Shown: piece after piece, positions 41,965 through 51,218 of the stretch | How the letters are laid out: every line of letters begins with the position of its first letter | How positions within the stretch are numbered: position 1 is the stretch's first letter | DNA from: a virus | Virus record (IMG/VR): IMGVR_UViG_3300042467_002537 | DNA length: 64,000 nucleotides | Direction: 5' to 3' (one strand) | Position numbers and translations under genes: made by a program | Notes under the pieces: model-generated | Told to the model about the DNA's origin: nothing | The model's database searches: none | What the model saw: the letters and a program-made list of their open reading frames with translations, nothing else

Positions 41965-42814
41965 ATGGCGGCATATAAGGAACAGTATTACACCTTAGAA
42001 GAAAACGAAATGCAGGACTTGATTCAAAAAGCAAAAGATGGAAACATGTCCGCTCAAAATGAATTGATAAAAGTTTTCAATAACTTTTTGACAAAGTATT
42101 CTACAATGCTGTACTACCGGAAAGTACAACCTAGCAGATTATGACATAAGAAGGTTCATAGCTCTTTTTATAAAAGACAATTACGCAAGGCTAGCCTTGG
42201 TAAGGAACAAGATGAACCCTTCTGCTTTGAAGATAGTTAATGAAGCGATGAGGGGAATAACCTACATGGCAAAAAGGTACGGGGACGAAGAAGACATCAG
42301 GCAGACTGTCGACATGACGTTCTTTCAGTGCATAGGCAGGTATCAAAGGAAAGACTCCGAGAAAGGGCCTATACCATTTAGCGCATTCCTTTATAGTTAT
42401 TTCTTCTACTTATTGAAGAAAAATGTTGACACATTCTTAATAGATCAACTAGGAAGAAAAACATTTCCGCTTATAACAGATGATGATTACGAACCAGAAG
42501 ACGGCGAACAACAAGTAGGGTTCAAGGCTCCACCAGTAGAGTACGATCTAGCAAAGCTGTTATGTGTTGAATCAATAGATGAGATGTGGGTTCTTGGGAC
42601 TACTGCGGCAGAACCTTTCAACCAGCTATCCATTCAAGAGAGACAGCTGCTAAAATGGAGGTTTGTTGATGGAAAGAAATCTTCGGAGATAGCAGAAAGA
42701 ATAACAGAGCATCCTAACACAGTTAGAGAACACTTAAAAGATATAAGAGATAAAATTAAATCAATAATAGCATCCTCAAATCTAGAGGATCTTTTCAAAT
42801 TCGTAAAGGAATAA
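41965..42814 (+). CDS. Phage sigma factor encoded across a +1 recoding site (CGGA 42118-42121), predicted 282 aa
   Basis: Frame 1: MAAYKEQYYTLEENEMQDLIQKAKDGNMSAQNELIKVFNNFLTKYSTMLYY[CGG]KVQPSRL*. After skipping C42118: G-KYNLADYDIRRFIALFIKDNYARLALVRNKMNPSALKIVNEA...DEEDIRQTVDMTFFQCIGRYQ...region-4-like LSIQERQLLKWRFVDGKKSSEIAERITEHPNTVREHLKDIRDKIKSII. Confidence 0.75.
42118..42121 (+). other. Candidate CGGA quadruplet / +1 frameshift site 3
   Basis: In-frame CGG-A inside the 42092-42141 window where both frames are open (TGA at 42089 in the downstream frame, TGA at 42142 in the upstream frame). Confidence 0.82.
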
Positions 42815-42818
42815 AAAA

Positions 42819-43334
42819 TTGGAAGATCAAAATCTACAAACGCTACACCGCTTACTTAGCGATTTTTTAAGCCCTCAGATAACAGAGGTGCTAAATGCTT
42901 ACGCTGCGGGTGAAAACTATAAAAAGTATTTTATTGAAATACCAGATATGGATAATGTAGATTTAGGTATCCATGACCTAGCTAATCTTGTAGCTAAAAC
43001 TTCCAACGCCTTTGGTAGAGCAGCTAGATTTGCTGGTATGGCTAGAGCCCATTATAAGATAGTAGAAGGTAGGTATAAAAGAATCTACAAGAAGAATAGA
43101 AACGGCAAGAACGAAGCCGAAAGAGAAGCATCAGCGCTGACTGCAGCAGAAGGCGAATACGAGGCTATGGTGACTGCAGAAGCTATAGTCAACTTAGCAG
43201 AGTCGATGGAGACTTCTTCTAGAATAGCTTCTGAGTCGGCTAGAAAATTAATGGACAAGGTTCAATCAATGCAAATAGCTTCAGCAAGAGAAGACAAAGG
43301 AATGCATTCCGAAAGTGAGTATACCCAATGGTAA
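42819..43334 (+). CDS. Hypothetical protein
   Basis: 171 aa helical ORF. Confidence 0.5.
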   Translation: MEDQNLQTLHRLLSDFLSPQITEVLNAYAAGENYKKYFIEIPDMDNVDLGIHDLANLVAKTSNAFGRAARFAGMARAHYKIVEGRYKRIYKKNRNGKNEAEREASALTAAEGEYEAMVTAEAIVNLAESMETSSRIASESARKLMDKVQSMQIASAREDKGMHSESEYTQW

Positions 43335-43552
43335 TGGCAGTCAAGTACATAGCCCACTATAAGTGCGTAGAAACACCGGAAGAATTTTATTCCGAAACAA
43401 GAAAGTCTTTAGACTACCCAACACAGGTAAGGTATAAGTCAAAGAATTATTTATTATTTGCAACGATGATAATAACTACTACAAAACAGGAGAAGAAGCT
43501 TGTTGAAGTAGCAAAAGAAAGAAACATAGAATGTTACGTAGAGTTGCAGTAG
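43334..43552 (+). CDS. Hypothetical protein
   Basis: Small ORF; likely start ATG 43334 (MAVKYIAHYK...). Confidence 0.5.
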   Translation: MAVKYIAHYKCVETPEEFYSETRKSLDYPTQVRYKSKNYLLFATMIITTTKQEKKLVEVAKERNIECYVELQ

Positions 43553-43556
43553 GCAC

Positions 43557-43991
43557 ATGCATATAGAGGTTTTTTGTGATGGAGCTTCAAGGGGGCAAGG
43601 ACAAAAAAAGATAGGAGAAGCGTCTTGCGCTACTGTCGTATATAAGAATAGAAAAAAAGTGGCTCAGTTTGCAAGGGGGCTTGGGTCTAGAAGTAATAAT
43701 GAGGCAGAATACGAGGCCGTAATTGCCGGTTTACTTGTTTGTAGTATGTCTGGGTTTCTAGACCCAATCATATATACTGATTCTGCTGTAGTGGCAAACC
43801 ACATAAATGGAAAATGGAAATGCAAGAATAAGGCGCTGCTCCCTTTACTGATGACTATAGAAGATGTTAAGCAAGAGTTTAATTTTAGGGTTGTTCAAGT
43901 TAGCAGAAATATAGTCTGGGAACCTGACCAACTATGCAACCAATTTTTAGATCAACTTGAAAAAAGAATGTCATCTTACCAGAAAGCGTGA
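43557..43991 (+). CDS. rnhA: Ribonuclease HI-like
   Basis: EVFCDGASRGQGQ, SNNEAEYEAVIAGL, IYTDSAVVANHINGKW. Confidence 0.85.
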   Translation: MHIEVFCDGASRGQGQKKIGEASCATVVYKNRKKVAQFARGLGSRSNNEAEYEAVIAGLLVCSMSGFLDPIIYTDSAVVANHINGKWKCKNKALLPLLMTIEDVKQEFNFRVVQVSRNIVWEPDQLCNQFLDQLEKRMSSYQKA

Positions 43992-44004
43992 TATAATATA
44001 CCAC

Positions 44005-44793
44005 ATGGAAAAAACAACATTTAAAAAACAACAACCTATTGTTATAGGTTTAGCTGGTAGAGCTGGTAGCGGCAAGACCTCTGTAGCAGAATCGATAGTT
44101 CCTAAAGCTGGCTTTGAAGTCCTTAGGTACGGTATGAAGTGGGACCATATATTTTACGCCCTTCCATTATACGAGATGGCTTCCTCCAAGAAAAACATAC
44201 AAGGTTTAAATGCTGACTCAAGAAAGAAGTACGCGCTTCACGATACTCTCTATGAGATATACGGAAGATCTTCTATTGGCATCATACCGGATTACGATTT
44301 ATTAATAGAAAAAGTCAACCAAATATACGAACTAAATATAGAACCAGAAGGCGTTAAGCCAAGATCTTTCTTGCAAAAAGCTGGAGATATTTGTAGAGAT
44401 GGTTACGAAGACTGCTTCTGCCACTGGGCAATACATAAGACAATGAATCTTTATAGAAAATACGTATCTTCACTAGATGAAGACGCAGAAGAAAATCCTT
44501 TCTGTGTTATAATATCAGATGTTAGATACGAAAACGAAGCAAAATCAATTCTCAAGATGCCTAACGGTATTGTAATATATTATTCTGCAACAGAAGAAAC
44601 ATTGAACAACCGTTTACTCAAAAGAGATGGTAGACTATCTACTACGGAACAAAGTTCACATTCAAGTGAGCTGTTTTTAGACAAGGTAAAAGACATAGCG
44701 TCTTTTGTCATAGAAACAGACAACATGGACATAGAAGAACAAACAGAAGCAACATTAAAATTACTAGGGTTACAGGAGAAAAGCAATGCCTAA
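44005..44793 (+). CDS. Deoxynucleoside monophosphate kinase-like P-loop protein
   Basis: IVIGLAGRAGSGKTSVAE, RSFLQKAGD, IISDVRYENEA. Confidence 0.7.
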   Translation: MEKTTFKKQQPIVIGLAGRAGSGKTSVAESIVPKAGFEVLRYGMKWDHIFYALPLYEMASSKKNIQGLNADSRKKYALHDTLYEIYGRSSIGIIPDYDLLIEKVNQIYELNIEPEGVKPRSFLQKAGDICRDGYEDCFCHWAIHKTMNLYRKYVSSLDEDAEENPFCVIISDVRYENEAKSILKMPNGIVIYYSATEETLNNRLLKRDGRLSTTEQSSHSSELFLDKVKDIASFVIETDNMDIEEQTEATLKLLGLQEKSNA

Positions 44794-45106
44794 AATAACA
44801 AAGACCGCACAAGAACAGTCTTCAGACTCACCGATAGACAACATCGTATCGATAAACGCTGCTGAGATATCTATATCGTCCAACCCAATATTTATATGTG
44901 GGGTCAATAGAAAAGTCAATATAGGTAACTTTGAAAATATTGATATCTATGCTGGGGTAACTTTGCCCCTAAATGGTGTATCCCTAGAGGACAAGGAAGG
45001 CCTTAGACTGGCAGTCCAGGAAGCTGCTGCCTATGCTTTCTCCTTGGTTTCAAAGGAAACTAGCGAAAGATATTCTTTAATCAAGGAATCGCAACAAAAC
45101 AAGTAA
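44786..45106 (+). CDS. Hypothetical protein
   Basis: 106 aa ORF. Confidence 0.45.
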   Translation: MPKITKTAQEQSSDSPIDNIVSINAAEISISSNPIFICGVNRKVNIGNFENIDIYAGVTLPLNGVSLEDKEGLRLAVQEAAAYAFSLVSKETSERYSLIKESQQNK

Positions 45107-45111
45107 GCAAT

Positions 45112-45139
45112 TTGACTTATTTGGCTACTATAGTATATA
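45112..45139 (+). promoter_or_regulatory. Possible sigma70-like promoter
   Basis: TTGACT - 16 bp - TATATA upstream of the 45178 gene. Confidence 0.4.
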
Positions 45140-45177
45140 CTGATAATCCACTTAAACTTTAAAGAAAAGGTAAAAAC

Positions 45178-45465
45178 ATGTTCAAAAAATTAGTTCTTAG
45201 ACTTAAGGCGCTTATGGCCGGCAAAGATGTTAAGAAGTTGATTGATTCTATTCCTAGCGAAAGCATCAAGTCTTCGGTTAACGTAGTCGTCAAAGAGGTT
45301 GTTGAAGAAGCAGAAAAGGTAGCAATTGCTGTAGACAATTCTGTTGAAGAAGTAAAGAAGCAAGTAAATAACGAAGTCGACAAAGTAAAAAAGACTAAGA
45401 AGCCAGCAGCTAAGAAGCCAGTAGCAAAAAAGCCAGCACCAAAAAAGAATAATACAAAAAAGTAA
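45178..45465 (+). CDS. Small basic protein with histone H1-like (K/P/A)n tail
   Basis: C-terminal KKTKKPAAKKPVAKKPAPKKNNTKK; acidic/helical N-terminal part. Confidence 0.65.
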   Translation: MFKKLVLRLKALMAGKDVKKLIDSIPSESIKSSVNVVVKEVVEEAEKVAIAVDNSVEEVKKQVNNEVDKVKKTKKPAAKKPVAKKPAPKKNNTKK

Positions 45466-45546
45466 TATTATTCTTCTAGGTTATTGTTTTATAGTGTTAC
45501 TATGTACCTTAACGCTAAAATAACCAAAAGCATAGGGTGGTAACTA

Positions 45547-45792
45547 ATGGAACTTGTTATAGCTGCAATCGTTACTGGAGCTTTTGGGCTTCTAACAATT
45601 ATGGTAGAAAAAGGGCGTCGAGAAAACGTCAAAGATCATGGTTTTGTTAAAGATAAACTTGATAACCTTCTTGTGAGTATAAACAATATTGACGAAGACG
45701 TTGCAAGCATAGAGGATAAATTAGACACTCATATCCATGATCATTTAACCGGACAACTTAATGATACAAAAGCGAGTAACAAGAAGAGCTAA
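45547..45792 (+). CDS. Small single-TM, coiled-coil protein (holin/spanin-like candidate)
   Basis: MELVIAAIVTGAFGLLTIMVEKGRR...LDNLLVSINNIDEDVASIEDKLDTHIHDHL. Confidence 0.45.
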   Translation: MELVIAAIVTGAFGLLTIMVEKGRRENVKDHGFVKDKLDNLLVSINNIDEDVASIEDKLDTHIHDHLTGQLNDTKASNKKS

Positions 45793-45983
45793 TGAACTGC
45801 ACTAATAAAGAACATCACGTACATAACGACCAACCTTGCAGCAATGGTGATGGCGTTAATCCTGACCACGGCCACCACAAAATGCATTGGCACATCAATA
45901 AAAATTCTTTTAAAGCTTTAATTTTAAACTTAGTATATTTTTCGCTACACGCTGTGACCATAGGTATACTATTATCTAAATAA
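45792..45983 (+). CDS. His-rich small membrane protein
   Basis: EHHVHNDQPCSNGDGVNPDHGHHKMHWH followed by a TM-like segment. Confidence 0.45.
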   Translation: MNCTNKEHHVHNDQPCSNGDGVNPDHGHHKMHWHINKNSFKALILNLVYFSLHAVTIGILLSK

Positions 45984-46020
45984 TACAGCCTACTACTTTA
46001 TCTTGTAGTATAATAGGTGC

Positions 46021-46242
46021 ATGGAAAACGGTTACTCTATGTTCGATGGCTTTATGCCATTAATCAAAAATGTTACAGTCTCGGCTCTTACTAACTCCCT
46101 TGCATCAAGCGGAGAAATTGTCGATGTGCACTGCATCAGTATACAAACTGTTGAAGGACATGATTTTGTTTTTAGTATGTCCCCACATGATCTTCATAGA
46201 TTAAATCTTTTGATTATGAAAACTTTGATGGTTGACATTTAA
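46021..46242 (+). CDS. Hypothetical protein
   Basis: 73 aa ORF. Confidence 0.4.
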   Translation: MENGYSMFDGFMPLIKNVTVSALTNSLASSGEIVDVHCISIQTVEGHDFVFSMSPHDLHRLNLLIMKTLMVDI

Positions 46243-46243
46243 C

Positions 46244-47011
46244 ATGGGCGTAATAATATTTAAAGACCTTGAATTTGGTGACATACCAAAGACTCCGGCA
46301 ACTCCGTACCCTGACTATGCGCTTCAACAGGTAAAAGACATAGTGTATAAGTACGCCTACCGATTTGGTTTTCCTGTTGGTTACATACAAGAGCAAAACG
46401 GCTTGACTATACAGAATATAGTTCCAGTTCATAAAACGGAGCACCAGCAAATATCTACTTCATCTAAAGTAGAGCTGGAGATGCATACAGAAACTGCATT
46501 TCACCCCTACAAGCCAGATTACGTTATGCTGTTTTGTCTTAGAGGTGACCCCAATGCTGTAACAACGTATGCTAATTTGTCCGATGTGCTAAAAATATTA
46601 GATCCAGATACTAGAAAAGTTTTAAAAAAGAAAATCTTTACTACCAGTGTAGACATAAGTTTTAGATCAAACGGGGAAGAAGACCAGCAGATACCAATAA
46701 GTATTGTTGGGGAAAAAGACGGCAAGCTTACCTTCACTTACGATAGTTACTTTGTGCGCGGAATAAATGAAGAAGCAAATAACGCGTTAGTTAGTTTGCG
46801 TTCAGCCATAAAACAATGTACAATTGACATCGTGTTACAATCTGGTGATCTATTGGTTATAGATAACAATAGCACTATCCACGGACGTAGGGAGTTTCAA
46901 CCTAGGTACGATGGTACGGACAGATGGATACAAAGAGTTCTTGTCATAAGAGAAATGCCTCCGATGGAAGAACGAAAAGGCAATGTAATAACCACCAAGG
47001 TATTTAACTAA
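46244..47011 (+). CDS. TauD/clavaminate-synthase-like Fe(II)/2OG dioxygenase
   Basis: METHTETAFHPYKPDYVMLFCLRGD and LLVIDNNSTIHGRREFQPRYDGTDRWIQR retain the HxE...H ligands. Confidence 0.75.
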   Translation: MGVIIFKDLEFGDIPKTPATPYPDYALQQVKDIVYKYAYRFGFPVGYIQEQNGLTIQNIVPVHKTEHQQISTSSKVELEMHTETAFHPYKPDYVMLFCLRGDPNAVTTYANLSDVLKILDPDTRKVLKKKIFTTSVDISFRSNGEEDQQIPISIVGEKDGKLTFTYDSYFVRGINEEANNALVSLRSAIKQCTIDIVLQSGDLLVIDNNSTIHGRREFQPRYDGTDRWIQRVLVIREMPPMEERKGNVITTKVFN

Positions 47012-47020
47012 GAGGATAAA

Positions 47021-47899
47021 ATGGACCAGAAGAGCATACTTTCTATAATCATTTCATACAATGATTTCAAGAACACATACATGACCGTAGAAAGTCTGTT
47101 GAATCAGACTATCAAAACTAAGATTGTCGTCTGGGATAACAATTCAAAAGATGGAACAGTGGAACAACTAAACAATATGTTTGGTGATTTGATAACAGTT
47201 CATGCATCTGACCAGAATATGTACTGGACTCCTGCGATCAACGCAGCGTTTAACAGATACTATGATCAAGAGAAGATAATACATTATTCCAATAATGATA
47301 TTAGCTATCCAAATGAGTCCCTAGAAAGAATGGTCAAGGATCTAATAGAGACTAACGCAGGTGCAGTGGGGCCAACTGGCAGCGCACTAGGAGGAATGCA
47401 AGATCATATTATCCACCACCCTGAAGACTCTAGTTTTAGTTCGCGTGAAGACTTCTACGCAGCGATAAAGAATAGGCCACCCACTAGAGCCTCTAGCTTG
47501 CAAGGAGCGTGTATACTAATGAGAGCAGAGTCCTTCAAGCTTATGGGGCCTCTAGACAACGCTATGCCTTTGGGTGCAGACGACTTTGACACCAGCATAA
47601 GGATCAAGGCTATGGGGCTACCACTGTTTATTTCTCAAAGTGGTTACGTTAACCATGTAGGCCATGCTAGTGGAGAGGGCAACGAAAAAACCTGGTCTGA
47701 ACTTGGAGCCCAATCATGGGATTGGTTCAATAAGAAGTGGGGTGGCTTCTACTTTAATGAGCTTGAAGCCCTCAAGTGCATGTGGGCACATGAGTACCAC
47801 TACGGTTGGGACTATGGCACTGGATGGATGGATGAAGAATCTAGACTAAAGGTTTGGCATGCGCGAGGGGTTAATTATGATGGATCATCGATCCAATAA
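47021..47899 (+). CDS. Family 2-like glycosyltransferase
   Basis: SIIISYNDFKNTYMTVESLLNQT...VVWDNNSKDGTVEQL...GADDFDTSIR. Confidence 0.85.
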   Translation: MDQKSILSIIISYNDFKNTYMTVESLLNQTIKTKIVVWDNNSKDGTVEQLNNMFGDLITVHASDQNMYWTPAINAAFNRYYDQEKIIHYSNNDISYPNESLERMVKDLIETNAGAVGPTGSALGGMQDHIIHHPEDSSFSSREDFYAAIKNRPPTRASSLQGACILMRAESFKLMGPLDNAMPLGADDFDTSIRIKAMGLPLFISQSGYVNHVGHASGEGNEKTWSELGAQSWDWFNKKWGGFYFNELEALKCMWAHEYHYGWDYGTGWMDEESRLKVWHARGVNYDGSSIQ

Positions 47900-47918
47900 C
47901 CCTATAAAGGAGAGTTAA

Positions 47919-48884
47919 ATGAAGAGAGCATTAGTCTTAGGTGGTGGTGGCTTTATCGGAAGCCACATGGTAAGAAGATTAAAACAAGAAGGATATTGGG
48001 TAAGAGCTGTAGACTTAAAGCTGCCTGATTTCTCTAAATCATCTGCAGATGAATTTTTAATTGGAGATCTAAGAGACTCACAGTTTGTTGATGAAATCTT
48101 AATTGGATTTGATGAAATATATCAATTTGCCGCAGACATGGGCGGTGCTGGGTATATATTTACTGGCGATCACGATGCAGATGTTATGCATAACTCAGCA
48201 ACAATTAATCTAAATGTATTAAATTCAATTAAAAACAATTCTATAAACACTAAAATCTTCTACAGTAGCTCCGCATGTATTTACCCAGAGCATAACCAAA
48301 TGGACCCAAATAATCCAAATTGCGAAGAGTCTTCTGCATATCCCGCAAATCCAGACAGTGAGTATGGATGGGAAAAACTTTTTAGTGAAAGACTTTATTT
48401 TTCTTTCCACAGAAACTATGGAATAAAAGTGAGAGTTGCTAGATACCATAATATATTTGGCCCTGAAGGGACTTGGAAAGGTGGCAAAGAGAAAGCACCC
48501 GCAGCCATTTGTAGAAAAGTTGCAGTGGCGTCAGACCAAGACTCTATAGAAATATGGGGGGATGGAGAACAGACAAGATCGTTTCTTTATATAGACGAAT
48601 GCATTGAGGCTACTCGTAGACTCATGGATTCTGATTTTATTGGACCAGTCAATATTGGTTCAGAAGAAATGGTTAGCATTAACCAACTGGTAGACCTAGC
48701 TTCCTCTATAGAAGGAAAGCACTTGGTCAAATCACACATCCCTGGTCCAACTGGAGTAAGAGGAAGAAATTCAAACAACAATTTAATTAAAGAAAAGTTA
48801 AACTGGAATTATTCTCTTCCTTTATCTGAAGGAATTAAAAAAACATATAATTGGATACGCGAAAGAATAGACGGGGAACTATAA
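47919..48884 (+). CDS. NAD-dependent epimerase, GDP-mannose 3,5-epimerase-like
   Basis: GGGGFIGSHMV; SSSACIYPE...PDSEYGWEKLFSE; RYHNIFGPEGTWKGGKEKAPAAICRKV; GDGEQTRSFLYIDEC; GSEEMVSINQL; HIPGPTGVRGRNSNNNLIKEKL. Confidence 0.88.
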   Translation: MKRALVLGGGGFIGSHMVRRLKQEGYWVRAVDLKLPDFSKSSADEFLIGDLRDSQFVDEILIGFDEIYQFAADMGGAGYIFTGDHDADVMHNSATINLNVLNSIKNNSINTKIFYSSSACIYPEHNQMDPNNPNCEESSAYPANPDSEYGWEKLFSERLYFSFHRNYGIKVRVARYHNIFGPEGTWKGGKEKAPAAICRKVAVASDQDSIEIWGDGEQTRSFLYIDECIEATRRLMDSDFIGPVNIGSEEMVSINQLVDLASSIEGKHLVKSHIPGPTGVRGRNSNNNLIKEKLNWNYSLPLSEGIKKTYNWIRERIDGEL

Positions 48885-49664
48885 ATGTATTTAAATAAAA
48901 AAGTTGGGGTTGGTATACCCACTCATGAACGTCCTGAATATTTAAGAACAGCCTTAGCTAGTGTTGCAGATAAGCTAAGTGGTGTTGTTGACTATTTGGT
49001 AGTATGCGACGATGCATCTGAAATACATAGAGATGAAATACATCAGATACTTAATGAATTTAATTTTAATTTTGAATACGAATACATAATCAACGAAACA
49101 AATAAAAGCGTTGCAGTAACAAAAAATAATTGTCTAAAAAAAATTATAGATAAAAATTGTGATTATATATTTTTAATGGAAAACGACATGCAAATTATCG
49201 ACGAAAAAGCTGTGACTGGTTACATAGATGTTTCGATAAAAAGCAATGTTCAACATTTTAACTATGCCCATCACAGTCCCATGAATACTTCTCCATTAGC
49301 TGTTAGCGATCTTACTGAGATTGGTGAGTCTGATCTAGTAGTCGATGGAATAGACGTTTTTACAGCATGCTGTGGATCATACTCGTTCTACACTAAGAAA
49401 TGCATTGAAGAAGTTGGTTTAATGGATGAAGCTTTGTGCTATAATAGCTGGGAACACCTAGAGCACACATTAAGGTGCGCAAAACAGGGTTTTACTTTTC
49501 AGTTTTGGAGATTTGCAGATGCAAGTAATTCAGTTAACTGGGTTGCATCTCAACAACAGGCACTTGAAAGTTCCACTATTAGAAATAGCAATCCAAATTG
49601 GTTTAGTAATATGGAAAAATCAAAGGAATATGTTTTGAATAAGCATCCGGGGTTTTATGTTTAG
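48885..49664 (+). CDS. Glycosyltransferase (GT-A type)
   Basis: VGVGIPTHERPEYLRTALASV...YLVVCDDASEI...CDYIFLMENDMQ. Confidence 0.75.
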   Translation: MYLNKKVGVGIPTHERPEYLRTALASVADKLSGVVDYLVVCDDASEIHRDEIHQILNEFNFNFEYEYIINETNKSVAVTKNNCLKKIIDKNCDYIFLMENDMQIIDEKAVTGYIDVSIKSNVQHFNYAHHSPMNTSPLAVSDLTEIGESDLVVDGIDVFTACCGSYSFYTKKCIEEVGLMDEALCYNSWEHLEHTLRCAKQGFTFQFWRFADASNSVNWVASQQQALESSTIRNSNPNWFSNMEKSKEYVLNKHPGFYV

Positions 49665-49679
49665 ATTGTTAAAAAGTAA

Positions 49680-50333
49680 ATGAATATAAATGATTTTATT
49701 AGTTTTAAAAAAGAATTTAATATTAATTCTCAACTAGGCCAAGATGCACTAGTCCTATGGGCCCTAAAGAATAAGAGAGATGGATATTTTATTGAATTTG
49801 GTGCAGCTGATGGCGTTAATATATCTAACACTTTTCTGCTAGAAAAAGACTATGGCTGGTCAGGTATCTTATGCGAACCAGCTAGAGTTTATAAAGATAG
49901 ACTAAGTGCTAATAGAAAATGTACTATCGTTGACAAATGCGTTTACAGTAAAAGCGGAGATGTAATTAGTTTCTTTGAATCTGAACATGAAGAGCTCTCT
50001 ACAATATCTTCATATAAAGAATCTGATTTACATTCTGTAAGTAGGATCAATGGACTCACATATGAGGTCGAAACTATATCTTTATCTGATCTTTTAAATA
50101 ACTTTTCGGCACCTGCTATAATTGATTATCTATCAATGGACACAGAAGGGTCTGAATTTGATATTATAAAAGAATATGATTTCTCTAGACACATAAACAT
50201 TATTACGGTTGAGCATAACTATTCTGATAACAGAGAAAAGATAAAGAATTTTCTAGAAGAGAAAAATTTTATAAGAATATTCGATTCCATATCAGAATGG
50301 GATGATTGGTACATAAATGCGGAGATAAAATAA
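49680..50333 (+). CDS. FkbM-family methyltransferase
   Basis: SQLGQDALV...GYFIEFGAADGVNISNTFLLEKDYGWSGILCEPA...IDYLSMDTEGSEFDIIKEYDF. Confidence 0.85.
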   Translation: MNINDFISFKKEFNINSQLGQDALVLWALKNKRDGYFIEFGAADGVNISNTFLLEKDYGWSGILCEPARVYKDRLSANRKCTIVDKCVYSKSGDVISFFESEHEELSTISSYKESDLHSVSRINGLTYEVETISLSDLLNNFSAPAIIDYLSMDTEGSEFDIIKEYDFSRHINIITVEHNYSDNREKIKNFLEEKNFIRIFDSISEWDDWYINAEIK

Positions 50334-51017
50334 ATGAATAAAAAAGTGTTGTTAATTGTTCCTACTAGAGGTAGGCCGGATAAAGTCAAAGAGCTTTATA
50401 GCACATATATGGAAAACTCTTTTGACTGTGACATAGTCTTTGGTCTAGATGAAGATGATGAGCACAATTACGAAAGAATTGATGGAGCAATGTATGAGGT
50501 TGGTCCTAGGGTGTATGCTCCTCAGACAATGAATCTAATCTCGCAAAAATACTTCAACGACTACGAGTACTTTGCCTTCATGGGAGATGATCATAGGATT
50601 AGAACAAAAAACTGGGATCAGATTTTATTAGAACCAATAGAAAAAAGAGGGTATGGATTTTCTTACGGCGATGATCTCCTGCAGGGAGAAAAACTTTGCA
50701 CCGCTGTTATGTTCTCCACTAATATAATCAAACCACTTGATGGGAACATGGTTCTTCCTATCCACCCAAAGAAGCACCTATATGCTGATGATTTTTGGAT
50801 GCAAGTAGGGCTAAAGCTTGAAGCAATTACATACTGTCCTAATGTAATAATAGAACACCTTCATTACTCTGTTGGAAAATCAGATATGGACGCATCATAT
50901 TCTGAAACAAATACCCCAGAAAGATATTCAATTGATGGCGCAGAATGGGAAAACTATCTGCATAATCATATGGATAATGATATTGTTAAAATAAAAGCTT
51001 CCTTAGGCATTTCTTAA
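50334..51017 (+). CDS. Glycosyltransferase-like protein
   Basis: VLLIVPTRGRPDKVKELYSTY...FGLDEDDEHNY...MGDDHRI. Confidence 0.6.
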   Translation: MNKKVLLIVPTRGRPDKVKELYSTYMENSFDCDIVFGLDEDDEHNYERIDGAMYEVGPRVYAPQTMNLISQKYFNDYEYFAFMGDDHRIRTKNWDQILLEPIEKRGYGFSYGDDLLQGEKLCTAVMFSTNIIKPLDGNMVLPIHPKKHLYADDFWMQVGLKLEAITYCPNVIIEHLHYSVGKSDMDASYSETNTPERYSIDGAEWENYLHNHMDNDIVKIKASLGIS

Positions 51018-51030
51018 AACGACAAACAAG

Positions 51031-51060
51031 TTGCCTTTTCCACCAATAAGGTGGTATAAT
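51031..51060 (+). promoter_or_regulatory. Sigma70-like promoter
   Basis: TTGCCT - 18 bp - TATAAT; the spacer contains the inverted repeat CCACC-AATAA-GGTGG. Confidence 0.5.
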
Positions 51061-51138
51061 ATTTCTACGAAGTCAGATGCGCTGAAGGTGGATGTGGTAT
51101 AATAAATATCACGGAAACCGACAGTAAAGAGCTACGAG

Positions 51139-51170
51139 GCCCCCCAGTAAAATGGGGGGCTAAGTTTTTT
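51139..51170 (+). terminator. Rho-independent terminator/attenuator
   Basis: GCCCCCCA-GTAAAA-TGGGGGGC then TAAGTTTTTT; lies between a promoter and the endolysin gene. Confidence 0.8.
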
Positions 51171-51218
51171 CTGGCGAAGAATCTATTACTATAATAGAGA
51201 GTCAAACCAAGGAGAATA

